From the NCBI GenBank assembly GCA_965140585.1, contig OZ223268.1, forward strand, positions 133,221 through 197,220: a stretch of DNA of 64,000 nucleotides. The letters are read 5' to 3'. Made by a program: the position numbers and the translations under genes. The notes under the pieces were generated by a model. The model worked only from the letters and a program-made list of their open reading frames with translations. It was not told the origin of the DNA and made no database searches. Within the stretch, counting starts at the first letter, position 1, and each line of letters opens with the position of its first letter. The DNA comes from Spirochaetia bacterium. Its GTDB lineage: Bacteria; Spirochaetota; Spirochaetia; UBA9216. Of the stretch, positions 51,485 through 61,881 are shown piece by piece.

Positions 51485-52963
51485 GTGAACGGAACTTCAG
51501 CAAAAATAAAATATGGAAAAATTGAAGGGAAAGAAGAAAACGGGATCATTAAATGGCATGGAATTCCATACGCCGAACCACCTGTTGGAAAACTGAGATT
51601 TAAAAGACCTATTCCGGCCAAATCCTGGAGCGGAACACTTGAGGCTAAAAATTTCGGGCCCCGACCGTTTCAGTTCATAGACAGAAAGGCTGTCCGAAAA
51701 ATGGAAATGAGTGAAGACTGCCTCCACCTGAATATCTGGGCTCCTGCAAAGCGAACCCGCTGTCCGGTTTTCGTATATTACTACGGCGGAGCAAACACAA
51801 CAGGCGAAAGTTCTGATCCTATGTATGACGGAACCTCCTTTGCCGAAAACGGAATCATCTATATCTGCTTCAATTACAGACTGGGTCCTCTTGGATTTTA
51901 TGATTTTTCCATTTTCGACAGCTCCTTCGACTCGAACTGCGGTTTTGCCGATCAGATAGCAGGTCTTAAATGGGTTAAAGAGAATATTGAATCATTCGGG
52001 GGAGATCCCGAAAATATCACAATCTGCGGAGAATCAGCCGGCGGAACAGCAGTATATGATCTTCTTACAGCGCCCTCAGCAAGGGGACTTTTCAGAAGGG
52101 CTATAGCAATGAGCGGTTTGGCGGACGATGCAGTATCAACCAGACATAACCGGCTTAATATGGAACTGTTCCTTGATAAGATGAACCTCAAACCTGAAAA
52201 TATATCACGATTAAAGACAATGAATCCGTCAGAAATGATAAGTGCTGCCGGCTGGATTTTCAGCAGCAATAATACAGTCTACCCGGGAATATTTGTCCCT
52301 GGGCCAGTCATAGATGATATCCTGCCGCAGAAACCCTGGACAGCTATGCAGTCGGGGTCAGCTGAAGGTGTTGACTGTATGTTCGGTACATGCCGGGATG
52401 AAGCAAGCCTTTTCTTTTTGATGAAAATACTTCCGTTAACATGGACTGAAGTAGAAAAAATGCTTGAGCTTAATGATCACCTGGATAAACTTGACGATTT
52501 CAAAAGAATATATTCTGATAAAAACGATAAAAAAGCTCTTCAGAAACTCTTCAGGGACAGGCTGTTCTGGGCTCATTCAGTATTGTGTGCAGATGCTCAG
52601 AGTATACATGGAAAAGTATATACATATCGAAATGACTTTGAATACAATTTTCTGAGGTTTGCCGGCCTTGGAGCGATGCATGGTTCGGATGTAGGTATGG
52701 CACTGAATACAAGCGGGGGAACACTCGGCAAGGCGGCTATAGGAACCCCGAAAGCCCGTAAGGCTCTGATGAAACAGTTTGTACACGGGGCATGGCTAAA
52801 CTTCACCAAAACAGGGGATCCTAACGGGGAGCTGCCGCTTGAATGGGACCTCTACAATGCTCAGCAGCGGGCTACATTTATTTTCAATGACACATGCAGC
52901 ATAGAGAATAACCCTAACGCTGAAGCATTTGAAGTCTGGAAAACTCTTAAACTCTACGAATAA
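51485..52963 (+). CDS. Type B carboxylesterase
   Basis: GIPYAEPPVGKLRF, SEDCLHLNIW, NYRLG, GESAGG nucleophile, E and H (AMHGSD) of the triad; GTG start after AAGGAG. Confidence 0.92.
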   Translation: MNGTSAKIKYGKIEGKEENGIIKWHGIPYAEPPVGKLRFKRPIPAKSWSGTLEAKNFGPRPFQFIDRKAVRKMEMSEDCLHLNIWAPAKRTRCPVFVYYYGGANTTGESSDPMYDGTSFAENGIIYICFNYRLGPLGFYDFSIFDSSFDSNCGFADQIAGLKWVKENIESFGGDPENITICGESAGGTAVYDLLTAPSARGLFRRAIAMSGLADDAVSTRHNRLNMELFLDKMNLKPENISRLKTMNPSEMISAAGWIFSSNNTVYPGIFVPGPVIDDILPQKPWTAMQSGSAEGVDCMFGTCRDEASLFFLMKILPLTWTEVEKMLELNDHLDKLDDFKRIYSDKNDKKALQKLFRDRLFWAHSVLCADAQSIHGKVYTYRNDFEYNFLRFAGLGAMHGSDVGMALNTSGGTLGKAAIGTPKARKALMKQFVHGAWLNFTKTGDPNGELPLEWDLYNAQQRATFIFNDTCSIENNPNAEAFEVWKTLKLYE

Positions 52964-52976
52964 AAAGGAGAATTAT

Positions 52977-53426
52977 ATGTCGATGGAGAATAGACTTTCC
53001 CTGCCTGAACCAAAACTTGAGCTGCTTTTTATGGCAGAAATTGCAGCCGGAGAAATTTTCGACGCAGGTATAACCTCAGAAGGCCGCCTTAAAATATCCG
53101 CCGGCTCAGAAGGTTCTTTCACGAGTCCTGAATTAAGCGGTAAGGTGCTCAGCTGTTCCGGTATTTCGCAAACTACAGATTCTGCCGGAATGACATACAC
53201 AAGTTCAAAATATATGCTCAGAACAGAAAAGGGCGGGGTGATCAGTATTGAGGCATCAGGCACTGCCGGAGATACCGCTTCTGGTGAAGCTGAAATCAGT
53301 TATGAGAAATTATTTATAAAAACATGGGATCCTAAATTCAGAAGATTAAACAACACAGTGGCCATTGGTGTGGTCAGCAGGATCAGTGAGAAAAAAATAA
53401 GGCTCGATACCTATCTGGTAAATTGA
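52977..53426 (+). CDS. DUF3237-like protein (divergent)
   Basis: PKLELLF, LSGKVL, KYMLRTEKG, KFRRLNNTVAIG; paralogue of the next gene. Confidence 0.6.
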   Translation: MSMENRLSLPEPKLELLFMAEIAAGEIFDAGITSEGRLKISAGSEGSFTSPELSGKVLSCSGISQTTDSAGMTYTSSKYMLRTEKGGVISIEASGTAGDTASGEAEISYEKLFIKTWDPKFRRLNNTVAIGVVSRISEKKIRLDTYLVN

Positions 53427-53438
53427 GAAGCATTAAGT

Positions 53439-53909
53439 ATGGAGATGAAGGAATTTACAAAGCCTGAATTTGAACATCTTTACTACATTGAAGTAGAGGT
53501 GGAAAAGGCTATTAAATGCGGCAGACTTCCTGAAGGTAAGTATAATGTTATCCCGATAAAAGGCGGCAGCTTTAAAGGGGATAAACTCAAAGGGAAAGTT
53601 CTGCATGTCGGAGCAGACTGGAATACACAACGCCCACCAAATTTTCATATCAGTACAAGATATCTGCTCAATACTGACGATGGAGCCCTGATTTCACAGT
53701 TCACAGATGGAAATGCAAAAATTACTTTTCGAGGCGGATTAAGCATGGCTCTTGGAAAACCCGATCCGTAAAAATACAATTTCAGACGGCATCTGACATT
53801 CAGAACCGGAGCCCCTGAGTACAGCTGGCTTAACAACAGAACGGGTTTCGCAGTAATAGAGTTGAGCAAGGATCGGCGCATCTGCTATGATGCTTATCTT
53901 CTGAAATAG
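53439..53909 (+). pseudogene. DUF3237 protein with in-frame stop
   Basis: IPIKGGSF.G..LKGKVL.GADW, RYLLNTDDGA; TAA at 53769-53771, then same frame FRTGAPEYSWLN...YDAYLLK to TAG 53909. Confidence 0.8.
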
Positions 53910-53937
53910 TAGTAAATTAAGCAGGCAGCTGAATAAA

Positions 53938-55014
53938 TCAGCTGCTGAATTTTATCCTGGACAGCCTGTACAATTCCTCTCTGAATACCGGCGGCAGTAC
54001 CGAATTGGCCATATGATTCAAAACTACGGGTTTTTCAGGATTACAGTATTTATCGACAAAGGCTGCAGCCTCTGTCCTGAGTCTTGTATCATCTGCATCT
54101 CCAGGATATTCCTCGGGGGCAACACCAAGAATGAGCTGATCTCCATAATTTTCATACATACTGAATGTATTATTTATAGTCTGCGGCGACCAGATATCCC
54201 ATCCCGCCTTAATAATTGACGGTACTCGTGACTCCAGCAGACCGCAGCTGTGAAGTTCGGCAATTCGCCCTTTGCTGTGAATATGGCTGGTTAAACGCTT
54301 CATAGCCGGAACAATCATTTCTTCCGCAGTGTCTTCTGAGAAAAGTGGTCCGCGCATAGCGCCCCAGTCATCATGAACAAGGACTCCATCAATATCGAAA
54401 TATTCAATAAATTTGTCAATAATTCCTGAATAAAGTTCGGTCAGCCTGTCAAAAAGCGCCTTGACAGCTTCCTTCTGAGAATCGTCGATAAGTGCAATTG
54501 ATGCATTTCCAAAATCCATGAATGATATCAGTCTCTCAAAATATCCAGAAAAAATTGTTGTAAAAACAGCCCTTCCGCCTTTGAGATAATTCTGATTCCG
54601 TTCTCGTGCACCGGACCAGTCCCAGCTGTCAATATCGGGCCAGACAAGTTTCGATGTCCACTCATTCGCATCGGTAAATATATGATTCATCGGGTCAACT
54701 GCTGAGCCGTGGTTATCTATGTCATACTTCCATTCAACACCGAACATATCCTTACCGCCATAGCTATCCGCAGAAATATCTTGCTCCTGACTTACAGCTC
54801 CTCGTGCGAGATTATCCGGTACAATATCCGGTGTAAAATTCAGCTTTTCCACACCTGTAATCTGCCATACCGGTTTTCTTTTGAGGAAACTATGATACCC
54901 CTCACGCGGCGGAATGGGAAAATTATAAACTGGCAGCACGGGACGTTCAGGACGTCCCGGCTTGATCTCATCGACAACTGTAAGTTCATCTTCGGAAAAA
55001 GCAATTTTTGTCAT
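53938..55014 (-). CDS. Uroporphyrinogen decarboxylase-fold protein (MtaA/CmuA-like)
   Basis: DMFGVEW, FERLISFMDF, HDDWG, ELHSCG. Confidence 0.78.
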   Translation of the reverse strand: MTKIAFSEDELTVVDEIKPGRPERPVLPVYNFPIPPREGYHSFLKRKPVWQITGVEKLNFTPDIVPDNLARGAVSQEQDISADSYGGKDMFGVEWKYDIDNHGSAVDPMNHIFTDANEWTSKLVWPDIDSWDWSGARERNQNYLKGGRAVFTTIFSGYFERLISFMDFGNASIALIDDSQKEAVKALFDRLTELYSGIIDKFIEYFDIDGVLVHDDWGAMRGPLFSEDTAEEMIVPAMKRLTSHIHSKGRIAELHSCGLLESRVPSIIKAGWDIWSPQTINNTFSMYENYGDQLILGVAPEEYPGDADDTRLRTEAAAFVDKYCNPEKPVVLNHMANSVLPPVFREELYRLSRIKFSS

Positions 55015-55016
55015 AT

Positions 55017-56228
55017 TCAGATTACACCCTCGGTCTTGAGTATCTGGATTTCCGCGTCACTCATACCCATAAAAGTCTTGTATATTTCATCGTTGTGCTG
55101 ACCCAGATCAGGTGCCGGTTTCACAGGAACATATGTATCAGACATTCTGTATGCTGATCCGACCAGCGTTATCTCTCCAAGGCTTGGGTGGTCGATAGTC
55201 TGCAGAAAATTGGATTCATACATTTCTTTTGTATTTACTACATCTTCTATAGTAAGTGTTGCTCCGCAGGGAATCATCTTATCACACATGATACGCATCA
55301 CTTCATCCTTGTCAAGCGCGGAGGTCCACTTGATGACTTCAGCTTCCAGAGCTTCAACATTATCCAGTCTTGTAGGACCATCGGCATATTTCGGATCTTC
55401 GAACATATCCATCCGGTCAATTGCTTCACAGAACTTCTGCCACATTATCTGCTTCGGAGTGTCCCGTACCAGAATAAAGACATAGTTATTCTCATCACCT
55501 TCATAACGCGGCTTTGTCGGATACATATTTCTTGGAGCATTCCTTCCCGCAAAACGCATTGCGCCGCCGCGCTTGGGCATTACCTTCTGTTCAACAAATG
55601 ACATCCTTGATGTGGAAATGCATACTTCCTGCATGTTTATCCGAAGCTGCTGACCACGGCCGGTTTTCTCCCGCTGATACAGGGCGGCAAGAACACTTGA
55701 AAGAGCATAATGCCCGGAAGGATCATCTGCCAGACCGACTGAAGAAATCAGCGGAGGCCCGTCAAGCATACCATTCTGGCTGGCAAGAGTTCCGGTGGCC
55801 TGGACCGGCCCATCCATGGCAGGAAATCCTGCATACGGGCTGTTATCATCGTATCCCTTAATCTGACACATTATACAGCGCTCATTAAGAGACTTGATAA
55901 CATCGTAGCTGAACCCGAGCCGTTCGAAGGTATTCGGAGCAAAGTTTTCGATAACAACATCACATTTTTTAATCATTTCTCTGAGAATTTCTTTACCCTT
56001 ATCACTTTTAAGATCCAGGGTAATGGATTTCTTATTTGCGTGAAGTATTGCCCAGAGCATGTTCTGTCCGCCGCCCCTGGGTCTGCCCTGTTCACCGACT
56101 CCCGGGCGTTCAATTTTTATAATATTTGCACCCATCTGAGCAAGAGACAGTGTACATATCGGTCCACTTGCAAACTGGGTTAGATCAATTACATTTATTC
56201 CCTCAAGGGCATTAGGTGTCTCAGTCAT
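55017..56228 (-). CDS. Family III CoA-transferase (Frc/CaiB-like)
   Basis: DLTQFASGP, ANKKSITLD, ENFAP, GLADD, APDLGQHN. Confidence 0.9.
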   Translation of the reverse strand: MTETPNALEGINVIDLTQFASGPICTLSLAQMGANIIKIERPGVGEQGRPRGGGQNMLWAILHANKKSITLDLKSDKGKEILREMIKKCDVVIENFAPNTFERLGFSYDVIKSLNERCIMCQIKGYDDNSPYAGFPAMDGPVQATGTLASQNGMLDGPPLISSVGLADDPSGHYALSSVLAALYQREKTGRGQQLRINMQEVCISTSRMSFVEQKVMPKRGGAMRFAGRNAPRNMYPTKPRYEGDENNYVFILVRDTPKQIMWQKFCEAIDRMDMFEDPKYADGPTRLDNVEALEAEVIKWTSALDKDEVMRIMCDKMIPCGATLTIEDVVNTKEMYESNFLQTIDHPSLGEITLVGSAYRMSDTYVPVKPAPDLGQHNDEIYKTFMGMSDAEIQILKTEGVI

Positions 56229-56252
56229 TCTTCTCTCCTTTGATTTACCTGA

Positions 56253-57557
56253 CTATTTTTTATTCGAAAGAATCCGCTGTTCGATCAAAGCTTCAACTTC
56301 TGCGACCATATGTTCCTGGCTCCACTTCTTGGCATCCGCCGGATCAGCTCTGAGTACACAGACAGGAAATCCTGCTGTTTCAAGTGACCATACGATGTTG
56401 TAGAAGAAGTCACCGTTATTCATACAGTTTTCAGGAACAAGGAATACTACGCCGTCAATGCTGTTTTTCTTTGCTTCTTTCACAAACCACTGGCTGTTAA
56501 ATGGCGGAACATGAAGTATGTCTTCAAGAAATGAAAACCTTGAGGCAAGTGCCCGTATGGGGTTCTCCTCCACATTGTTTCTTATGTAGCCGTCCGCAGC
56601 GAGGGCCAGATACATAGTCCATACAAAGGCAGCACCGTATTTCTCTTCAAAATGCTGGTAGAAGGCAAGGTTGAACCAGAGGCCTCTGCCTATCCATAGA
56701 AGTCTCACATTTTCATTTTCAACAGCCGCAGTTCCGTTATCGGCAAGAGCCTTTACTTCGTCATAAAGGCTTTTGGCCATATCAACAGCCCATCTTGTCC
56801 CCCGGTGCCACTGAGCCTGCATTACAGCATTGATTGTGTCAGTAACGGTTACCGGTGCAGGTATAGTTTTTGCAATAAGATCCCTGGTCTTGCGGTACCA
56901 ATGTTCCTGTTCATTTACATTATTAAGTGTTTCAATCAGTTTATTAAGCTTGAGTTTCCTGCCTGTTGTCTGTTCAAGAAATTCAATCAACAGCCTAAGC
57001 TCTTTCTCGTAGAAATCAATTCTGGTTTTGCCAATCAGTTCTTCCCAGTCATCACAGGATTTTTCCCACCAGTTATCGGTAATAACATCCTGATGGTAGT
57101 GCTGAATCCGGAATGATGCGGCATCGAAAGATTCCGACATCAGCTCTTCGATTTTAATTCCACTTGAACAGGTCTCTGCACAGATAACAAGCGATGGTTT
57201 TGGAAGACCGCCCCAGGGGCCTTCCTCAGGCTTTGAATCAAGTGAACATGCATAGGCAGCGGCACAGTATGAACAGATATCATTCCTGTAGCCGGCATCC
57301 TCAAGCAGTCCGTAGAATCGGGGCCCCATCTGCTTTGCAGAACATATGGCGGTCCACCACTGGTTTACGACATAAGGAATATCCATTGCTCTTAGAAGTT
57401 CCATAGGAGAGTTCGCACCTACAAAACCGAAAGGTTCTCCTGCTTCTACCCGTTCATGCAATCCCATGAACCACTCTTTCTGATATGAACCGACAAGCCT
57501 GGTTGTATTCAGTTTTTTAACCGATTTTGTTTCGTATTTCTTCTTTTCTTCAGCCAT
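56253..57557 (-). CDS. 2-hydroxyacyl-CoA dehydratase family, alpha-like subunit
   Basis: PMELLRAMD, DICSYC, PWGGLPKP, ETCSS, IDGVVFL..ENC. Confidence 0.78.
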   Translation of the reverse strand: MAEEKKKYETKSVKKLNTTRLVGSYQKEWFMGLHERVEAGEPFGFVGANSPMELLRAMDIPYVVNQWWTAICSAKQMGPRFYGLLEDAGYRNDICSYCAAAYACSLDSKPEEGPWGGLPKPSLVICAETCSSGIKIEELMSESFDAASFRIQHYHQDVITDNWWEKSCDDWEELIGKTRIDFYEKELRLLIEFLEQTTGRKLKLNKLIETLNNVNEQEHWYRKTRDLIAKTIPAPVTVTDTINAVMQAQWHRGTRWAVDMAKSLYDEVKALADNGTAAVENENVRLLWIGRGLWFNLAFYQHFEEKYGAAFVWTMYLALAADGYIRNNVEENPIRALASRFSFLEDILHVPPFNSQWFVKEAKKNSIDGVVFLVPENCMNNGDFFYNIVWSLETAGFPVCVLRADPADAKKWSQEHMVAEVEALIEQRILSNKK

Positions 57558-57558
57558 C

Positions 57559-58725
57559 TTACCTGCCCTGCCTTACTGTTTCAGCAAAGCTGCTGAAGAG
57601 ATCTTTTAGTTTCTGTGTGTCTTTCAGGGGATAGTACTGATCTTCCACAGTCAGAACTTTGATTCCCATCCGGTCTAGTTCCAGTTTCTGCCGGGGTAAA
57701 TCCCAGATATAGGACTCATCATTGTGGTTCATAAAAAGAACCACAGCCTCAGCTCCCGTTTCAGCAGCCCTTTCAGGAATTGCCTTCGCACGGTCTTTGA
57801 TAAAACTGCGTTCGCTTGAAGGGAAACGTTCATGATACCTTCCCGAAACGGCACGAACAGGATTTATTCCTGTATCCGCATCGGTATCAGCATAGCGGTC
57901 ACCGGGAACCTTATCCTCGGTTACGACATTTAAACCGGCTTCCTCCATGAGACCGTAGACTTCGGTAGTATCCTGCATGCTTCCGGTGTACAGACAGCGT
58001 ACTTCGTTAACTGCCGGCCATGAGGCAGCATCAAGTGTAACTTTTTTTATAAGTTCAATTGATTTATCTTTTTCCAGGTAGAATGAGCCGGCTATTACAT
58101 TCAATGCCTCACTTCCGGTTATCCGGCAGTCTTTTGCGTATCTTAGCATGGAAAAAGCTCTGAGTGCAGCCTTGTATTCGTTACACAGCGCTATGGCATC
58201 AGCCAGATCCTGTTCACTTATCTTTTTTCCGGTCCATGATTCAACTTTTGTGATAAATCTCTGTGTCTCACGCCAGTTGCGTTCCTGCGCCCTGAAATCC
58301 CGGTTCACAAGCCAGTAATCCACATAATCTATTTCAGGCAGACGCCGATCAGGCTCTATCTTTTTGATCTGAACCAGATAGTAATAAAGCTTCTGAATTA
58401 TGTCAGAAGAGTTAGCTAATACAAGATAGTCCATTATGTCTGAATGCTCATTGGATAATACTGACTCAAAAAGCCCTCGCCAGACAGCACCGAAGGAAAC
58501 TTCGAGGTACTTATCAGCGTTCGGCCGCTCACCCTGATGTCCCCAGGCTCTAACCGGAACAAGACCTCCGGCCATTAGAATTTCTTCAGGGACTTCATCA
58601 CCCAGCATCCAGGCTGTTTTTTTACCACTCAGCATAAGGTTAACCACAGACTCATGTCTGTATTCAAATGCTGTTTTCAATTCTTTATATGCTGCACTTG
58701 ACAGTGCATCGGATCTCTCAGCCAA
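57559..58725 (-). CDS. 2-hydroxyacyl-CoA dehydratase family, beta-like subunit lacking cluster cysteines
   Basis: VPEEILMAGGLVPVR, ADKYLE, WTGKKISEQDLADAI, ITGSEA; TTG start after GGAGG. Confidence 0.75.
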   Translation of the reverse strand: MAERSDALSSAAYKELKTAFEYRHESVVNLMLSGKKTAWMLGDEVPEEILMAGGLVPVRAWGHQGERPNADKYLEVSFGAVWRGLFESVLSNEHSDIMDYLVLANSSDIIQKLYYYLVQIKKIEPDRRLPEIDYVDYWLVNRDFRAQERNWRETQRFITKVESWTGKKISEQDLADAIALCNEYKAALRAFSMLRYAKDCRITGSEALNVIAGSFYLEKDKSIELIKKVTLDAASWPAVNEVRCLYTGSMQDTTEVYGLMEEAGLNVVTEDKVPGDRYADTDADTGINPVRAVSGRYHERFPSSERSFIKDRAKAIPERAAETGAEAVVLFMNHNDESYIWDLPRQKLELDRMGIKVLTVEDQYYPLKDTQKLKDLFSSFAETVRQGR

Positions 58726-58824
58726 AAATATTCACCTCCCGAAGATACAAATAGGTATTTGAGAATTTTGAAATTATGCTAACACGGATTATTTTTGATT
58801 TCTAACACCAAAAGATACGTAATA

Positions 58825-58844
58825 CCACAACGGAAAGGTTGTGG
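58825..58844. promoter_or_regulatory. Palindromic operator candidate between the dehydratase operon and LysR
   Basis: CCACAAC-GGAAAG-GTTGTGG perfect 7-bp inverted repeat in the divergent intergenic region. Confidence 0.45.
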
Positions 58845-58965
58845 ACTCATATTTCAGGGGCTTAAATTGTAAATAGTGCAATAATTGCAACAAATACTGT
58901 TTCTACGATTTTAATAAAGCATGCTATAATGACTGAATTCATTCGGTCAAACAGGAGTATTTCTT

Positions 58966-59973
58966 ATGACAATCCTGAATCTGCATATGTTCTTAGAAAT
59001 TGTCAAAGACATGAACCTTTGTGTCACAGCTCAAAGACTGTTTACCACCCAGCAGGGCCTTTCCGGACATATTAAACGTCTTGAAAACCATTTCGGTGTT
59101 TCTCTTTTTGATCGTAACCCTAGACTGGTACTTACCCCCGAAGGAAGGGCTCTTCTTCAGGAAGCTAAAAATATACTGGAATCAGAACAGAGACTCTTTA
59201 CTGTATTCGGAACTAGCAGCAGCTACAATTTCGGAAATATCAAGCTCTCCTGCGGAATGGCAAGATCCAGGTACTGCATGCCCAGAATCATCAGTGATTT
59301 CAGTTCACTCTATCCTTCAGTGAGTGTTAACCTTTTCGATGAAAACCATCTGAGGGATTCTGATATTTTTTCCGAGGGCAAAATCGATATAGCTATCGGC
59401 CGAGCTGTCAAATCATCTCACACAATCAAGGAAATTCCTCTCATTGATCTGCATGGATATATTATGGTATCGGATGTCCTACTAAGAAAAAGTCTGAAGG
59501 ATGAAACCGCTGCCTTCGTAAAAAAAGCACTCGGCGGTATTGAAGTCAGTGAAATTCCTTCAGATATTCCAATGGCTTATGCCGGGTCAAATAAAAAGGA
59601 ACCCTGGATCTGTGAAAAAATTCCAGAATTGAGAAACAGACCGCGTGTAGCCGTTGAACGTGAAAACTACGACATACTAGTCGGTCTATGCCGTGAAGGT
59701 AAAATGATGATAATCATTTCAGAGATGTACCTTCACTATATAAAAAACACATTTTCTCCCAAATTTTATGAAAATATTTATTTCTTTCCTCATTTTCAGA
59801 ACGGGAAGAGATTTATAGAGCATGAAGTTCTTTCATACGATTCTTCAAAGTATCACCCCCAGTATTTCGATGAGTTCATCAAAATAGTTCTGCATGTATT
59901 TGAGGATATAAAGAATGATTTTAAAATCGAAGAAACCCGCGAAAACAGAACTCTCACAACACTAATGTTGTAG
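58966..59973 (+). CDS. LysR family regulator
   Basis: TAQRLFTTQQGLSGHIKRLENHFGVSLFDR...LTPEG. Confidence 0.9.
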   Translation: MTILNLHMFLEIVKDMNLCVTAQRLFTTQQGLSGHIKRLENHFGVSLFDRNPRLVLTPEGRALLQEAKNILESEQRLFTVFGTSSSYNFGNIKLSCGMARSRYCMPRIISDFSSLYPSVSVNLFDENHLRDSDIFSEGKIDIAIGRAVKSSHTIKEIPLIDLHGYIMVSDVLLRKSLKDETAAFVKKALGGIEVSEIPSDIPMAYAGSNKKEPWICEKIPELRNRPRVAVERENYDILVGLCREGKMMIIISEMYLHYIKNTFSPKFYENIYFFPHFQNGKRFIEHEVLSYDSSKYHPQYFDEFIKIVLHVFEDIKNDFKIEETRENRTLTTLML

Positions 59974-60070
59974 TAGTACCCGCATTTTGATGTTAGCGCA
60001 GTAAAAAATACTGTGTTAGCATACCCATAAAGGCTGATTAATAATTTCACAAACTAAAAAAGGAGGAACA

Positions 60071-60550
60071 ATGAAGCAGTTCCGAAGCTTGACTGAAACA
60101 CTGGGAAAGTATGTAGTGCTTCTCTCATGCGTTTCCTTATCACTGGTCGTAGTGATAATAGCAGCTAATGTTATCAGCAGAGCTCTGAATCATCCGATAC
60201 CCGGCGGGTATGATCTGGCGACTCTGTGTGCAGCTGTCTCGGGCAGCCTTGCAATCGCATATACAACCAAAGAATGCGGTCATGTAAGCGTTGATATTAT
60301 TACCGATATTCTTCCGCCGACTCTGAAAAAGATACAGGGTCTTCTGATTCACCTTGTTGCATTATTTATCTTTGTAATTCTTACCTGGCAGGGATTTGGA
60401 ATTTTCATTACAAGATTTCACGCTGAAATCACTGAGACTCTGAGAATCCCCTACTGGCCGTTCAGACTGATTTGGGTTATTTCAATGTTCAGTTCGATTC
60501 TGTTCTGCATCACTCAATTAATACTTACAGCAATCGGAGGTGAAGAATAA
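60071..60550 (+). CDS. dctQ: TRAP transporter small permease
   Basis: Four TMs, NVISR, GHVSVDI. Confidence 0.88.
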   Translation: MKQFRSLTETLGKYVVLLSCVSLSLVVVIIAANVISRALNHPIPGGYDLATLCAAVSGSLAIAYTTKECGHVSVDIITDILPPTLKKIQGLLIHLVALFIFVILTWQGFGIFITRFHAEITETLRIPYWPFRLIWVISMFSSILFCITQLILTAIGGEE

Positions 60551-61857
60551 TGGATCCAATAACGATCGGCTTGATAGCCATAATTCTTTTAATTGTCCTT
60601 ATGGCACTGGGTATTCCAATCGGACTTGTGATGATGCTTTTAGGTTTTCTCGGTGTAGCCTACCTGGTCAATCCTTCTGCAGCCCTCATGAAAATGGCGG
60701 TAATTCCGTTTGATTTTGTGCAGAACTATGATTTTGCAGTCATTCCGATGTTCATGCTAATGGCAAATATTATACTCGTATCAGGACTGGGAACCGACCT
60801 GTACAATATTGCTTCAAAGTGGCTTGGAAGAAGAAGCGGCGGTCTTGCCACTGCAACTACTGTAGCCTGTGCCGGTTTTGCTGCAATCAGCGGTTCCGGA
60901 CTTGCAACATCACTTACAATCGGCCAGACAGCCATGCCGGAAATGAAGAAATACAAATATGATACAGCATTTTCAGCAGCTGTTATCTGTTCAAGCGGTA
61001 CCATTGGTCTTCTCATTCCGCCCAGTACAGCCCTGATGGTGTACGGTATTGTAACAGGAACTTCAGTCAGAAGTCTTTTTATCGGCGGTTTCGTCCCCGG
61101 CATTACCCAGGCACTTTTCTATATCATACTAATAACAATATTAACAAAGGTTAAGCCAGAACTCGGCCCCCGCGGAGAGAAGTATACACTTAAGGAAAAA
61201 CTTCTTTCACTTAAACACGGTGCTGAAATAATCATACTTATATCATTCGTATTCATAGGAATGCTGGTTGGATGGTTCACCCCCACCGAAGCAGGTGCAA
61301 TGGGAGCAGCCGGAGCATTTATCATAACCGTGATACGAAGACGTATGAGCTGGAAAGATTTTAAAAAGGCTATAAAAGACACAATCAAGATTTCGGGAAT
61401 GTATTTCATCATTCTTATCGGTGCCCAGATGTTCATGTACCTTACAACAGTTACTACTGTTCCGAGGGTTGTAGCCCACTGGGTTGGCGGACTTGATGTT
61501 CCTCCGATGGCAATACTGCTTATTATGATGGGTATCTACATGATATTGGGATGCTTCATGAGCGGCAATGCAATAATGATGCTAACTATTCCAATTTTCT
61601 TCCCAATCATTATAGATATAGGTTTCAGTCCGATACTCTTCGGCATCCTGCTTACCAGGGTTTCCGAAATCGGGCAGCTTACACCGCCTGTCGGTCTGGG
61701 CGTATACAGTATTCAGGCGATTCTGCCGGAAAAAGTACCTATCCAGAGGATTTTCAAATGGACTGCCGCCTTTGTAGGTGCTGATGCAATCCATCTGCTT
61801 TTACTGCTTTTTGTACCGGCAGTAACACTGTTTCTACCTTCGCTTTTTGCGGGTTGA
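60550..61857 (+). CDS. dctM: TRAP transporter large permease
   Basis: IPMFMLM, GGLATAT, GTIGLLIPPS, FTPTEAGA, LTPPVG. Confidence 0.93.
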   Translation: MDPITIGLIAIILLIVLMALGIPIGLVMMLLGFLGVAYLVNPSAALMKMAVIPFDFVQNYDFAVIPMFMLMANIILVSGLGTDLYNIASKWLGRRSGGLATATTVACAGFAAISGSGLATSLTIGQTAMPEMKKYKYDTAFSAAVICSSGTIGLLIPPSTALMVYGIVTGTSVRSLFIGGFVPGITQALFYIILITILTKVKPELGPRGEKYTLKEKLLSLKHGAEIIILISFVFIGMLVGWFTPTEAGAMGAAGAFIITVIRRRMSWKDFKKAIKDTIKISGMYFIILIGAQMFMYLTTVTTVPRVVAHWVGGLDVPPMAILLIMMGIYMILGCFMSGNAIMMLTIPIFFPIIIDIGFSPILFGILLTRVSEIGQLTPPVGLGVYSIQAILPEKVPIQRIFKWTAAFVGADAIHLLLLLFVPAVTLFLPSLFAG

Positions 61858-61881
61858 TTATAATTTCAAAGGAGAGAAAGG

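Noticed and set aside
40111-53771. Several in-frame stops (40111 TAA, 43144 TAA, 43333 TGA, 53769 TAA) suggesting stop-codon reassignment or selenocysteine
   Set aside because: TAA and TGA end many intact genes here, the stops replace different residues, and most affected genes carry other lesions; decay or error is simpler.
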